64,000 nucleotides of DNA from Alphaproteobacteria bacterium (GTDB taxonomy: Bacteria > Pseudomonadota > Alphaproteobacteria > SHVZ01). The stretch is taken from NCBI GenBank assembly GCA_016869375.1, contig VGEH01000002.1, forward strand, positions 2,044-66,043, in the 5' to 3' direction. Position numbers and translations under genes: made by a program. Of this stretch, positions 27,480-37,504 are shown piece by piece. Positions within the stretch are counted from its first letter, which is position 1. Every line of letters begins with the position of its first letter. Under the pieces are notes generated by a model. It saw only the letters and a program-made list of their open reading frames with translations, was not told the origin of the DNA and searched no databases.

Positions 27480-28826
27480 ATGGCCCTTCCCGCCAAAGCC
27501 AAATACGTCGTCATCGGTGCCGGCGTCCACGGACTCAGCACCGCCTATCACCTGGCCTTGAACCTCGAGGCCACCGGCAAGGGGTCGGGCAAGGACGTCG
27601 TCATCCTCGACAAGACCGGCATCGCCGCCGGTGCTTCGGGCATCGCCTGCGGCGTCATCCGCAACAACTACTTCCAGCCGGCGATGCGCGAGCTGATGGC
27701 CGAGTGCGTGGCGGTCTGGGAGAGCGACCCCAAGGCCTTCAGCTACCACCCCGTCGGCTACATGCAGATCTCGCCTGAAGTGATGCATGAGAATGTCGGC
27801 CAGATTGCCCGGCAGCAGAAGGACATCGGCTACGACTCTGTTTTCATTGAGGGCGAGGCCGACTGCACCAAGTACATGAAGGGCCTGTTCGACGACTGGC
27901 AGGCCAAGGGCATCACCTCGGTCCTGCACGAGAAGAAGGGCGGCTACGCCAACAACCGCGCCTCGATGTACGGGCTGGCCAAGAAGGCGGAGGCCAAGGG
28001 CGTCCAGATCGTCGCCCCGACAAAGGTCACCGGCTTCAAGTTCGGCTCGAACTCGAAGGCGGTTTCGGCGGTCGAAACCGACCGCGGCACGATCGAGTGC
28101 GACTTCGTCGTCGTCGGCGTCGGCCCCTGGATCAACCAGGTCTGGCGGATGCTGGATCTCCCCAAGACCATCGACATCAAGGGCCGCGACGGCAAGATGC
28201 ACACCGGCGTCGGGATGTGGAAGTACTGGTGCCTGGAGGAAGGCACCCTCGGCGTCGACCCGAAATACGGGCTGATGAACGACGGCAAGATGGGGCCGGT
28301 GATGCATGTCGACACCGACGCCCCGCTCTACTCGGATGAGGATGGCTCCCTCATCACCGACAAGCTTTGGGGCATCTACTACAAGCCCGACTTCAACTTC
28401 GACGGCATCCAGGGCGGCGCCATGCCGTACAAGGTCGAGACACCGGTCGACGAGGTGAAGATCGACCCCTACGGGCCTGACTCGCCTGAGTTCATCGTCG
28501 ACGCCAACTTCGCGCACATGTTCACCTCGGCGCTCGCCTTCTGCCAGAAGCGCTACTCGGGTCAGGCGCATAAATGGAAGCACGAGCCCTCGGGCGGCCT
28601 TGGCTGCTTCACTCCCGACAGCTTCCCGGTCTTCGACGTCTTCCGCGATAACGTCTACGTCCTGGCAGACTCGAACCACGGCTATAAGATGATTGCGGTC
28701 GGCAAGCTCGCCGCCGGCGAGATCGTCAGCGGCACCAAGAGCCGGCTACTGGAGCCCTTCCGGATCTCTCGCTTCCCGGAAGGCAAGCTGCACCCGGTGT
28801 CCAACAGCCCCTTCCCCTGGAGCTGA
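27480..28826 (+). CDS. FAD-dependent oxidoreductase (DAO / sarcosine-oxidase-beta-like)
   Basis: 448 aa. N-terminal dinucleotide fold KYVVIGAGVHGLSTAYHLA. SD agagga upstream. Confidence 0.8.
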   Translation: MALPAKAKYVVIGAGVHGLSTAYHLALNLEATGKGSGKDVVILDKTGIAAGASGIACGVIRNNYFQPAMRELMAECVAVWESDPKAFSYHPVGYMQISPEVMHENVGQIARQQKDIGYDSVFIEGEADCTKYMKGLFDDWQAKGITSVLHEKKGGYANNRASMYGLAKKAEAKGVQIVAPTKVTGFKFGSNSKAVSAVETDRGTIECDFVVVGVGPWINQVWRMLDLPKTIDIKGRDGKMHTGVGMWKYWCLEEGTLGVDPKYGLMNDGKMGPVMHVDTDAPLYSDEDGSLITDKLWGIYYKPDFNFDGIQGGAMPYKVETPVDEVKIDPYGPDSPEFIVDANFAHMFTSALAFCQKRYSGQAHKWKHEPSGGLGCFTPDSFPVFDVFRDNVYVLADSNHGYKMIAVGKLAAGEIVSGTKSRLLEPFRISRFPEGKLHPVSNSPFPWS

Positions 28827-28829
28827 GCC

Positions 28830-30236
28830 ATGACCACCAGCCGCGCCGTCGCCTTCACCCACAAGCTCCGTTTCCAGGATCTGCCGGCCGAGGTGGTCGA
28901 ACAGGCCAAGCTCTGCCTGATCGACCTGATCGCGGCAGCGGCGGCCGGCACCGAGACCGCGATGTCGCGGATCATCCGCAAGCACGCGGCGGAGGTGTTC
29001 GGCGGCGGCAAGGCCGGGGTCCGGATGATCCTCGACGGCCGGAAGACGAGCTGGCCGGGCGCGGCGCTGGCCGGCGGCATCACCATCGATGCCTTCGACT
29101 CCCATGACGGCCATGTGCTGACCAAGGGCCATGCCGGCGTCGCCATCCTGCCGACCATCCTGGCCCTGGCCGAGGGCGAGGAGAAGATCTCCGGCCGCGA
29201 GTTCCTGACCAGCCTGGTGCTGGGCTACGAGATCGCGATCCGCGCCGGGATCGCCACGCACCGGACCTGCAAGGACTATCACACCTCCGGCTCGTGGAAC
29301 GCACTCGGCGCCGCGGCCTGCGTCGCGCGCTGGCTCAAGCTCTCGCCGGCGCTGACGCGCGAGGCGCTCGGCATCGCCGAGTATCACGGCCCGCGCAGCC
29401 AGATGATGCGCTGCATCGACTTTCCGACCATGGTCAAGGACGGCTCCGGCTGGGGCGCGATGGCCGGGGTCAGCGCCGCGCTACTCGCCCGCGACGGCTT
29501 CACCGGCGCCCCCTCGCTGGTCTCCGAGGCCGACGATGTCGCCGATCTCTGGGCCGATCTCGGCACGCGCTGGCGCATCATGGAGATGTACTTCAAACCC
29601 TACCCGGTCTGCCGCTGGGCGCAGCCGCCGATCACCGCGAGCCTCGGCTTGCTGGCGCAGCACAGGGTGAAGGGCGCCGACATCGCCCATATCGAGGTCT
29701 CAACCTTCCACAACGCCGTGCGGCTGGCCGCGCGCGCGCCGAAGACGACCGAGGAGGCACAGTACAGCCTCCCCTTCCCGGTCGCCGCCGCGATCGTGCA
29801 TGGCAAGGTCACCGCCCGCGAGGTCGACGGTGCCGGCTTGCGCGACCCGCGCGTGCTCAAGCTGGCGCGTGAGATGACGCTGACCGAGGATCTGGCGCTC
29901 ACTGCCGAGTTCCCGGCGCGCCGCATCGCCCGCGTGAAGCTCACCACCAAGGATGGCCGCGTGCTCGCCTCCGAGCCGACCGAGGCGCTGGGCGATCCCG
30001 AGCGGCCGCTCGGCGCCGACGGCATCGTTGCCAAGTACCGGATGACGACCGAACCGGTGCTCGGCCGCGCCCGCACCAAGAAAATCCTGGCGGAAGCGAT
30101 GCAGATGGACGGCGCCAAGGCCGATGCCCGGGCCTTCGTCGACCTGGCGCTGGCGCCGGTGAAGGCTCAGAAGGCAGCGAAGGCGCCCAGGCGGACCGCC
30201 AGCGGCCGCACGCTCGCCATCGCCGCCGACGACTGA
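28830..30236 (+). CDS. MmgE/PrpD family protein
   Basis: 468 aa. The family pattern runs throughout (LIDLIAAAAAG..., DAFDSHDGH, SGSWNALGAAA, FKPYPVCRWAQ, YSLPFPVAAA). Confidence 0.85.
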   Translation: MTTSRAVAFTHKLRFQDLPAEVVEQAKLCLIDLIAAAAAGTETAMSRIIRKHAAEVFGGGKAGVRMILDGRKTSWPGAALAGGITIDAFDSHDGHVLTKGHAGVAILPTILALAEGEEKISGREFLTSLVLGYEIAIRAGIATHRTCKDYHTSGSWNALGAAACVARWLKLSPALTREALGIAEYHGPRSQMMRCIDFPTMVKDGSGWGAMAGVSAALLARDGFTGAPSLVSEADDVADLWADLGTRWRIMEMYFKPYPVCRWAQPPITASLGLLAQHRVKGADIAHIEVSTFHNAVRLAARAPKTTEEAQYSLPFPVAAAIVHGKVTAREVDGAGLRDPRVLKLAREMTLTEDLALTAEFPARRIARVKLTTKDGRVLASEPTEALGDPERPLGADGIVAKYRMTTEPVLGRARTKKILAEAMQMDGAKADARAFVDLALAPVKAQKAAKAPRRTASGRTLAIAADD

Positions 30237-30242
30237 CGGCTT

Positions 30243-30395
30243 CTAATCCGCCGGCATCTGCGCTGCCGCGCCGGGCTCGGCCTGGTTGATCAGCCGGTCG
30301 CGCTCGGCCATCCAGCCGCGGAAGACGAGGACCAGGCCGAACAGGGTCGCCAGCGTGAAGAGCATGACCATGATCGGCAGGAACAGCTCATGCAT
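30243..30395 (-). CDS. unannotated small membrane protein, 50 aa
   Basis: Hand translation: MHELFLPIMVMLFTLATLFGLVLVFRGWMAERDRLINQAEPGAAAQMPAD*. ATG = complement of 30393-30395, TAG = complement of 30243-30245. SD GAGAGGAGA lies 6 nt upstream. Third positions are GC-rich and there is one predicted TM helix. Below the ORF-track size cut-off. Confidence 0.6.
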   Translation of the reverse strand: MHELFLPIMVMLFTLATLFGLVLVFRGWMAERDRLINQAEPGAAAQMPAD

Positions 30396-30474
30396 CGGAT
30401 TCTCCTCTCAATCTCACGTCGAGAGGATCGCCGAGACGGCCTGAGCCGTCCTTGATGCAGATCAAATCTCGCGG

Positions 30475-32190
30475 CTAGGCCGCGTCGGAGACGTAGCGAT
30501 GCCGGGTATGAATACGGCGCTCGCGCGGGTCGGGGCGCGGCACGGCGGAGAGCAGCGCCTTGGTGTAGCCATGGACCGGGTCGTTGCAGACCTGCTCGGC
30601 CTCGCCCGTCTCGACCACCTTGCCGCGATACATCACCGCGACGCGGTCGCAGATGTAGCGGATCACGCTTATGTCGTGGCTGACGAAGACATAGGCCAGC
30701 TTAAGCTCGTCCTGAAGCTGCAGCATCAGGTCGAGCATCTGCGCCCGCAGCGAGACGTCGAGCGCCGAGGTCGCTTCGTCGGCGACGATCAGGCGCGGGC
30801 TGAGCGCGAGGGCACGCGCGATGCCGATGCGCTGGCGCTGGCCGCCGGAGAACGCATGCGGGTAGCGCTCGGCCCAGTCGGGGTTGAGCCCGACGCGCTT
30901 GAGCAGCTCCGCGACCCGGTCGTGCAGCGCCGAGCCCTCAGCGAGGCCGTTGACCAGCAGCGGCTCGCCGATGATCTGGCCGACGGTCATGCGGGGATTC
31001 AGCGAGGCGAAGGGATCCTGGAAGATCATCCGCATCTCGCGCCGGCACTCGCGCAGCCTGTCGGGCTCGAGCGCAGCGACATCGGTGATGCTGCCGTCGG
31101 TACGGCGGTAGAGGATCTGCCCTGCGGTCGGCTCGTAGACGCGAAGCAGGCAACGGCCGAGCGTGGTCTTGCCGGAGCCGCTCTCGCCGACGATGCCGAG
31201 CGTCTCGCCGGCGCGGACGACGATGTCGACGTCGTCCACGGCCTTCACATGATCGACGATCCGCTTGAAGAACCCCTTCCGGATAGGGAAATGCATCTTG
31301 AGGCCGCGCACATCGAGCAGCGGCGGCTCCTCGGCCGGCAGCGGCGCGCGCACGGCGCGGATCGCCGAGGGGCGCTCCAGCTTCAGCACATTGCCGAGCA
31401 GCATCTGGGTGTAGGGATCCTGGGGCGCATGGAAGATCTGCTCGACCGGCCCGCGCTCGACCACCTTGCCCTGGTACATGACCACGACCTCGTCGGCGAT
31501 CTCGGCGACGACGCCCATGTCGTGGGTGATGAACATCACCGCCATGCCGCGCTCGGACTGCAGGCGCTTCATCAGGTCGAGGATCTCGGCCTGGGTTGTG
31601 ACGTCGAGCGCCGTGGTCGGCTCATCGGCGATCAGAACCTGCGGATTGCAGGCGAGCGCCATGGCGATCATCGCACGCTGGCGCATGCCGCCCGAGTATT
31701 CGAAGGTGTAGCGCTCGATCGCGCGCTCGGGGTTCGGGATCTCGACCGCGCGCAGCAGATCGACCGCGCGGTCCGTCGCCTCCTTCTTGCCCATCCGGAG
31801 ATGGAGCCTGAGCACCTCGGTGATCTGGTTGCCGATCGTGTGCACCGGCGAGAGCGACGACATCGGCTCCTGGAAGATCATCGCGATCTCGGCGCCGCGC
31901 ACCGAGCGGATCTCGCGTCCGCGCGGGTTCAGGGCCGCGAGGTCGACCGAGGTTCCGTTCGCGCGATTGAAGACGATCGAGCCGGTCACCACCCGGCCCG
32001 GCGGATCGACGATCTGCAGGATCGAGCGCGCGGTCACGCTCTTGCCGGAACCCGACTCGCCGACGACGCAGACGGTCTTGCCACGCGCGAGATCAAAGGA
32101 CACGCCGTCGACCGCTTTCACGATCCCGCCGCGTACCGGGAAATGCGTGTGGAGGTCGCGGATCGAGAGGATCGTCGCGGCGTCGGTCAT
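30475..32190 (-). CDS. fused double ABC ATP-binding protein (OppD-OppF type)
   Basis: 571 aa from [13 protein letters not shown] (cat 32188-32190). GESGSGKS twice, YSGGMRQR and FSGGQRQR. The N-terminal extension of ORF 30475..33258 is rejected. Confidence 0.9.
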   Translation of the reverse strand: MTDAATILSIRDLHTHFPVRGGIVKAVDGVSFDLARGKTVCVVGESGSGKSVTARSILQIVDPPGRVVTGSIVFNRANGTSVDLAALNPRGREIRSVRGAEIAMIFQEPMSSLSPVHTIGNQITEVLRLHLRMGKKEATDRAVDLLRAVEIPNPERAIERYTFEYSGGMRQRAMIAMALACNPQVLIADEPTTALDVTTQAEILDLMKRLQSERGMAVMFITHDMGVVAEIADEVVVMYQGKVVERGPVEQIFHAPQDPYTQMLLGNVLKLERPSAIRAVRAPLPAEEPPLLDVRGLKMHFPIRKGFFKRIVDHVKAVDDVDIVVRAGETLGIVGESGSGKTTLGRCLLRVYEPTAGQILYRRTDGSITDVAALEPDRLRECRREMRMIFQDPFASLNPRMTVGQIIGEPLLVNGLAEGSALHDRVAELLKRVGLNPDWAERYPHAFSGGQRQRIGIARALALSPRLIVADEATSALDVSLRAQMLDLMLQLQDELKLAYVFVSHDISVIRYICDRVAVMYRGKVVETGEAEQVCNDPVHGYTKALLSAVPRPDPRERRIHTRHRYVSDAA

Positions 32191-33326
32191 TTGTTGTAAG
32201 GGTCGGCTGCGTCGCGGAGGCCGTCGCCGAGGAAGTTGAGGGCGAGCACGGCGACCACCACCGCGGCTCCCGGCGCGAACAGCCAGGGCGCGGTCACGAT
32301 AGAGCGGATGTTCTGCGCCTCGCGCAGCAGCACGCCCCAGGAGATCACCGGCGGCTGCAATCCGAGGCCCAGGAACGACAGCGCCGTTTCCGCCAGGATC
32401 ATCGCCGGGATCGCCAGCGTCACGCTGGCGACGATGTGGCTCATGAAACTCGGCAGCATGTGGCGGAAGATGATGCGCATCTCGGATGCGCCATCGAGAC
32501 GCGCGGCGGTGACGAAATCCTCGGTGCGGAGCGAAAGGAAGCGGCCGCGCACGACGCGCGCGAGCTGGGCCCAGCCGATCAGCGAGAGGATCAGCGTGAT
32601 CATGAAGTAGTGCAGCAGCGCCGGCCAGTTCTGCGGCAGCGCCGCGGCGAGCGCGAGCCAGATCGGGATCGTCGGCAGCGCCAGGATGAACTCGATCACG
32701 CGCTGGATGACGAAGTCGATGCGCCCGCCGTAATAGCCGGAGATGCTGCCGAGCAGGATGCCGATCAGGAGCGACATGGCGACGCCGACGAGGCCGATCG
32801 ACATCGAGATCTGGCAGCCCTTGAGGATGCGGCTCCAGACGTCGCGGCCGAGCCGGTCGGAGCCTAAGAAGAAGATCTGCTGGCGCGGATCGGTGCTGCC
32901 GATCAGGTGGATCCTGGTCGGGATCAGCCCGAACAGGTGGTAGGGGTAGCCTTCGGCGAAGAAGCGGAGATCGATCGTCCGCGTCGGGTCCACCTGGTAG
33001 ATCGGCGCCAGCGTCACCGGATCGCGGCGAAGCTGCATCTGCTTCACATGCGGGCGGAAGGAGGTCCTGCCGTCGGCCTCGGTGACGAACAGGTGGAGGC
33101 CTTGCGGCGGGTGATAGACGGCTCGCGCATTCTGCTGGCTCGGATCGGTGGTGGCGAAGAAGTCCGGAATCGCCGCGACGATGTAGATCATCAGCGTGAC
33201 GATAGCGCCGAGCATCGCCAGCTTGTGCTTGCGGAACGACCACCAGACGAGCTGCCATTGCGAGGCCGAGGCGAAGCGCGAGACGGCCGGCGTCGGCGCG
33301 CTGGGCGGCAGGGCGGCTGCGGTCAT
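32187..33326 (-). CDS. ABC transporter permease (OppC/DppC-like, long N-terminal loop)
   Basis: 379 aa from MTAAALPPSAP (cat 33324-33326). LGSDRLGRDVWSRILKG, FVTAARLDGASEMRIIFRHMLP. Confidence 0.88.
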   Translation of the reverse strand: MTAAALPPSAPTPAVSRFASASQWQLVWWSFRKHKLAMLGAIVTLMIYIVAAIPDFFATTDPSQQNARAVYHPPQGLHLFVTEADGRTSFRPHVKQMQLRRDPVTLAPIYQVDPTRTIDLRFFAEGYPYHLFGLIPTRIHLIGSTDPRQQIFFLGSDRLGRDVWSRILKGCQISMSIGLVGVAMSLLIGILLGSISGYYGGRIDFVIQRVIEFILALPTIPIWLALAAALPQNWPALLHYFMITLILSLIGWAQLARVVRGRFLSLRTEDFVTAARLDGASEMRIIFRHMLPSFMSHIVASVTLAIPAMILAETALSFLGLGLQPPVISWGVLLREAQNIRSIVTAPWLFAPGAAVVVAVLALNFLGDGLRDAADPYNK

Positions 33327-34312
33327 CAGTCGAACCGGATGCGCGGATCGACCAGCGCCAGCAGGATGTCGCTGAGCAGCGTACCGACCAGCGTCAGCGT
33401 GCACATCAGCAGCACGAAGGCGCCGGCCAGATACATGTCCTGGCTCATCAGCGACTGCAGCAGCAGGGGGCCGGCGATCGGCAGGCTCAGCACCACGGCG
33501 ACGATCAGCGCGCCCGAGATCAGGTTCGGCAGCAGCCAGCCGATGGTCGAGATGAAGGGATTGATGGCGACCCGCACCGGATACTTCAGGAGCAGGCGGA
33601 ACTCGGAGAGCCCCTTGGCGCGGGCGGTGGTGACGTAAGGCCGGTGCAACTCGTCCAGCATGTTGGCGCGCATGATGCGGATCAGGCTGGCGGTGCCGTT
33701 GGTGGCGAGGATGAGGACCGGCACCCAGAGATGCTCGATCAGGTTCAGGACCTTTCCCCAGCTCCACGGCGCCGTCTGGTACTCCGGGGAGAAGAGGCCG
33801 CCGACATCCGCCCCGAACAGCACGACGGCGACATACATCAGCACCAGCGCCAGCAGGAAGGATGGGATGGCGAGACCGAGGAAGCCCAGGAAGGTGAAGA
33901 AGTAGTCGCCGATCGAGTATTGGCGCACGGCGGTGAAGACGCCAATGGGAAAGGCGATCGCCCAGGTCATCAGCAGGGTCGAGCTGGTGACGACCAGGGT
34001 CAACGCCATGCGCTCCCAGATCAGCTCGGACACCGGCTGCTGCCACTCGAAGCTCAGCCCGAAATCGCCCCGGAGCACGATGCCCGAGATCCATTTCAGG
34101 TACTGAACGATGAAAGGCTGGTCGAGGCCGAAGCGCGCGCGGAGCTCCGCCGCGGCGGTCCGGTCGACGATCTCGTTCGAGGCCGCGAGGGTCGCGATGT
34201 AGGTGGTGACGTAGTCGCCGGGCGGAAGCTGGATCAGGACGAAGGCGAGGAAGCTGACGGCGAACAGCGACGGGACCATCCACAACAGACGCTTGATGAT
34301 AAAGCCCAGCAT
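33326..34312 (-). CDS. ABC transporter permease (OppB/DppB-like)
   Basis: 328 aa. MLGFIIKRLLWMVPSLF..., YVTTARAKGLSEFRLLLKYPVR, ...LVDPRIRFD. Confidence 0.9.
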   Translation of the reverse strand: MLGFIIKRLLWMVPSLFAVSFLAFVLIQLPPGDYVTTYIATLAASNEIVDRTAAAELRARFGLDQPFIVQYLKWISGIVLRGDFGLSFEWQQPVSELIWERMALTLVVTSSTLLMTWAIAFPIGVFTAVRQYSIGDYFFTFLGFLGLAIPSFLLALVLMYVAVVLFGADVGGLFSPEYQTAPWSWGKVLNLIEHLWVPVLILATNGTASLIRIMRANMLDELHRPYVTTARAKGLSEFRLLLKYPVRVAINPFISTIGWLLPNLISGALIVAVVLSLPIAGPLLLQSLMSQDMYLAGAFVLLMCTLTLVGTLLSDILLALVDPRIRFD

Positions 34313-34362
34313 TCAGAAACGCGACCGACGCGCCGCCCGATGACGACGCGCCGGTCTACCCT

Positions 34363-36315
34363 TTAGCTCGTGAAGAAGTACTGCTGCGGCATAGACGGGC
34401 CGGGGTTCGGCCAGGACCACGCGCCGGGCATCCGCGCCGGGACGTTGCGGAGCCGGTTGTTGGCGATGCCGAACAGGTTCGGCGCGAGGCAAATGCCGAT
34501 CGCGTCGAACGCATCGGCGGCGAGGTCGAGGATCTCCTTCATCAGCTCGCCCTGGCGCTTGGTATCGGAGATCGACCGCGCCTCGTCATAGAGCTTGGTG
34601 CGGCGCTTGTGGTTCTCCGGCGGCGCCACGCCTTCCTTGCCGTTGGTCGCGTAATGGACCGCCCACGGGATCGCGTAGCGCGAGCCCTGCGGATGGATCG
34701 GCACCCAGTCGCGGGCGTCGATCAGCGGCTCGAGGCCGCCCGGACCCTGCCAGACCGCGAAGTCGTGGTCGTTGTTGTCGCCGCGCGTGTAGTAGAGAGC
34801 GCGCTCGATCGTGTTGACCTTCATGTCGACCCCGACCGCAGCCCAATGGCGCTTGACCAGCTCGAGCGCATCGACCTGGTCCGGGTAGAGGGTCGGGATC
34901 ACGTCGATGCCGAAGAACAGCTTCTGCCCGTCGGGGCGGAGGCGGAAGTTCTGGCTGTCGCGCCTGTTGAGGCCGACCTTGTCGAGCAGCTCGTTCGCCT
35001 TCTTCTGATCGAACTCGGTGAACTGGCGCGCGAACTTCTCGTGATACCAGGGATGCGTCGGTCGCGGCCCGAACTGCCAGGGCTCCGACTGACCCAGATA
35101 GACGATGTCGATGATCTCCTGGCGGTTGATAGCGTGGGAGAGCGCGATGCGGAAATCCTTGTTGGCGAAGATCGTCCGCAGCGCCGGATCCTTGTGCGTG
35201 ACGTTCGGATAGATCGACATCTGCTGGCTGTTGGCGTTGATCAGCTCGAACAGGCGGTAGTTGCCGCGCTGCGCCGACTGCGCCACCGTCGGCTTGTTCT
35301 GGAGCGTGTCGATATGGCGCTCCTGGATGTCGATCTTGCCCGACACCACGTCGAGCATCAGCGACTCGACGTCCTGGGCGATGCTGAAGTTGATGCCGTC
35401 GATATAGGGCAGCTGGTTGCCCTCGGTGTCGACCTGCCAGAAATACGGGTTGCGCTTCAGCACGACGCGGGTGGCGCCGCCGGTATAGGGCTCGGCAATC
35501 GTCCACGGGTCGAGCGTCGGCTTCTCGGGATTGCCCCAGCGCGACGGAATCTCGATGTCGCCGCAGCGGAGCCGGAAGAGCGCGCCCCAATCCGGCACGT
35601 TCGCCGCCTTGGCGAGGTCGGCGACGTTGTTCGTGTATTTCGGGTGGAACTTCGAGCAGTAGTGCTTCGGGAACAGCGTCGGATGCTGGCCGAGCGGCGT
35701 CGCCATCTGCTGCAGGAACATGCCGTAGGGGCCGTCGAAGGTGAACTTGACGGTGACGTCGTCGACCTTCGTCGCCTTGCACATCTTGCCGTTGATGGTC
35801 CAAAGGGCCGGCGGCGACTTGTAGAGCTCGGTGTTGGCCAGGCAGTCCTCGAAGACGAAGAGGATGTCGTCGGCGGTGAAGGGATGGCCGTCCGACCACT
35901 TCATGCCGGGACGGAGATGGAAGGTGAACTCGGTCGAGGTCGCGTTCACGTCCCATTTGTGCGCGACGCCCGGCAGCACGTCGGTGAATTCGAGATTCCA
36001 GCGCGTCAGGCCCTGGTTGCCGACCATGCGGAGGATGCCGTTGTGGTCCGCCGAGCCGCGGAGCCCGCGGCGGATCTGCCCGCCATAGCGGCCGACGCGC
36101 TCGACCGGCTGAACGACGAGCGGGATCTTCGGCAGGCGTTCGGCGAGAGGCGGCAGCTTCTTGTCGGCGACGGCCTGCACGAATTCCGGCGCTTCCTTCG
36201 CCGCGCCCTGCGCCGAAGCGCTCCAGGCAACGAGGCTGGTCGCGGCCATGCCGCCGGCACCGGCCATCAGCTGACGACGGGTCAGCTTGAGTCCGTCACT
36301 ACGCTTACGTGCCAT
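34363..36315 (-). CDS. ABC transporter substrate-binding protein, family 5, large (650 aa), Tat-type signal
   Basis: Start MARKRSDGLKLTRRQLMAGAGGMAATSLVAWSASAQG (cat 36313-36315), with SD GGAGGAG upstream. The upstream part of ORF 34363..36978 is rejected. Confidence 0.88.
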   Translation of the reverse strand: MARKRSDGLKLTRRQLMAGAGGMAATSLVAWSASAQGAAKEAPEFVQAVADKKLPPLAERLPKIPLVVQPVERVGRYGGQIRRGLRGSADHNGILRMVGNQGLTRWNLEFTDVLPGVAHKWDVNATSTEFTFHLRPGMKWSDGHPFTADDILFVFEDCLANTELYKSPPALWTINGKMCKATKVDDVTVKFTFDGPYGMFLQQMATPLGQHPTLFPKHYCSKFHPKYTNNVADLAKAANVPDWGALFRLRCGDIEIPSRWGNPEKPTLDPWTIAEPYTGGATRVVLKRNPYFWQVDTEGNQLPYIDGINFSIAQDVESLMLDVVSGKIDIQERHIDTLQNKPTVAQSAQRGNYRLFELINANSQQMSIYPNVTHKDPALRTIFANKDFRIALSHAINRQEIIDIVYLGQSEPWQFGPRPTHPWYHEKFARQFTEFDQKKANELLDKVGLNRRDSQNFRLRPDGQKLFFGIDVIPTLYPDQVDALELVKRHWAAVGVDMKVNTIERALYYTRGDNNDHDFAVWQGPGGLEPLIDARDWVPIHPQGSRYAIPWAVHYATNGKEGVAPPENHKRRTKLYDEARSISDTKRQGELMKEILDLAADAFDAIGICLAPNLFGIANNRLRNVPARMPGAWSWPNPGPSMPQQYFFTS

Positions 36316-36386
36316 GGTCTCCTCCGTTTCGTCGCGCCGATTAAGCGCATGTTTAAAGCCAGAATGAAGCGTGCTCCGGCGGTCTG

Positions 36387-37415
36387 TCAAACCGCGCGTT
36401 TCTCGCTGTCCAAAGTCTGCAACAGAGCGGCGATGTAGCCGTAGCAATAGGCGAAGGCGACGCCCTGGGGGTCCTTGCCGTCGATGATCGGCACGTGGTC
36501 GGGCATGATCATGTATCTGTATCCGGCATCCCGATAGAGACGGAGCGAGGCCGGCATATCCATGTCGCCTTCGTCCGGGAACGTCTCCATGAAGTCGAGC
36601 TTGCGGCCGCGGATGTTGCGGAAGTGGACGTTGAAGATCTTGCCGCGGCTGCCGAACCACTTGATGACGTCGCCGACTTCCTTTGCCGGATCGTCGAGCA
36701 TCTCGCCGACCGTTCCCTGGCAGAAATTGAGCCCGTGATAAGGACTCTCCTCGGTCTGCACGAAGCGCTTGAGGCCGTCGACCGTGCCGAGCACGCGTGT
36801 GACGCCGCGCCAGCCGGGCGGCGTGTAGGGATCGTGCGGATGGCAGGCGAGCCGGACCTTGTTCGCGGTCGCGACCGGAACCACGCGTTTCAGGAAATAC
36901 TCGATCCGCGCCCAGTTCTCCTCGGGATCGACGATTCCAGCCTTGCCGGGAGCGGCGTTCTGGTCGGCCTCGACCCAACGGAACGACTCGTTGCGCGAGC
37001 CGCCGCGCCCGACCGAGTGCCTGGTGCGCGGGATGCCAATGATGTTGAGATTGTACTTGGCCGCCGGGATGCCGGCCTTGGCGATCCTCTCGATCAGCGC
37101 GCAGATCGAGTCGAGCTGGCGGTCGCGATCGGGGCCGGCCGTGAGGACGTCGGGGCTGTCCTGCTTCTCGATCGGCAGCGAGTTCATCGGCAGCTGCACC
37201 ATGTCGAGGACGAGGCCGAAGCTTTCGACCTTCTCGCGATGGCGATTCAGGATGTCCTGCGACCAGTGATGCGGATTGCCCTCGGGATCGGCGCAGATGT
37301 GACGCACGCCGAGCTGCGCCCAGACGCGATGATCGCCATCGTCACGGGCCTTGACCTGGGTCCCGAGATACACCGCCCCTCCCCGGCTTTTCTTGGATCG
37401 GAAGATAGCGGACAT
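36387..37415 (-). CDS. mannonate dehydratase (UxuA) family protein
   Basis: Start chosen at MSAIFRSKK (cat 37413-37415). The UxuA-like pattern LACHPHDP, NVHFRNIRG, IMPDHVP is colinear with the E. coli UxuA motifs AVHPDDP, FTHLRS, MRPDHG. Confidence 0.75.
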   Translation of the reverse strand: MSAIFRSKKSRGGAVYLGTQVKARDDGDHRVWAQLGVRHICADPEGNPHHWSQDILNRHREKVESFGLVLDMVQLPMNSLPIEKQDSPDVLTAGPDRDRQLDSICALIERIAKAGIPAAKYNLNIIGIPRTRHSVGRGGSRNESFRWVEADQNAAPGKAGIVDPEENWARIEYFLKRVVPVATANKVRLACHPHDPYTPPGWRGVTRVLGTVDGLKRFVQTEESPYHGLNFCQGTVGEMLDDPAKEVGDVIKWFGSRGKIFNVHFRNIRGRKLDFMETFPDEGDMDMPASLRLYRDAGYRYMIMPDHVPIIDGKDPQGVAFAYCYGYIAALLQTLDSEKRAV

Positions 37416-37504
37416 GACCACGGCGAGGCACGCGACTTTCGGACGGTAGCCGGATCTGCACAAAAAATGGGCTAGGATCGGCACACTGCCGACGAGGAGA
37501 GAAC

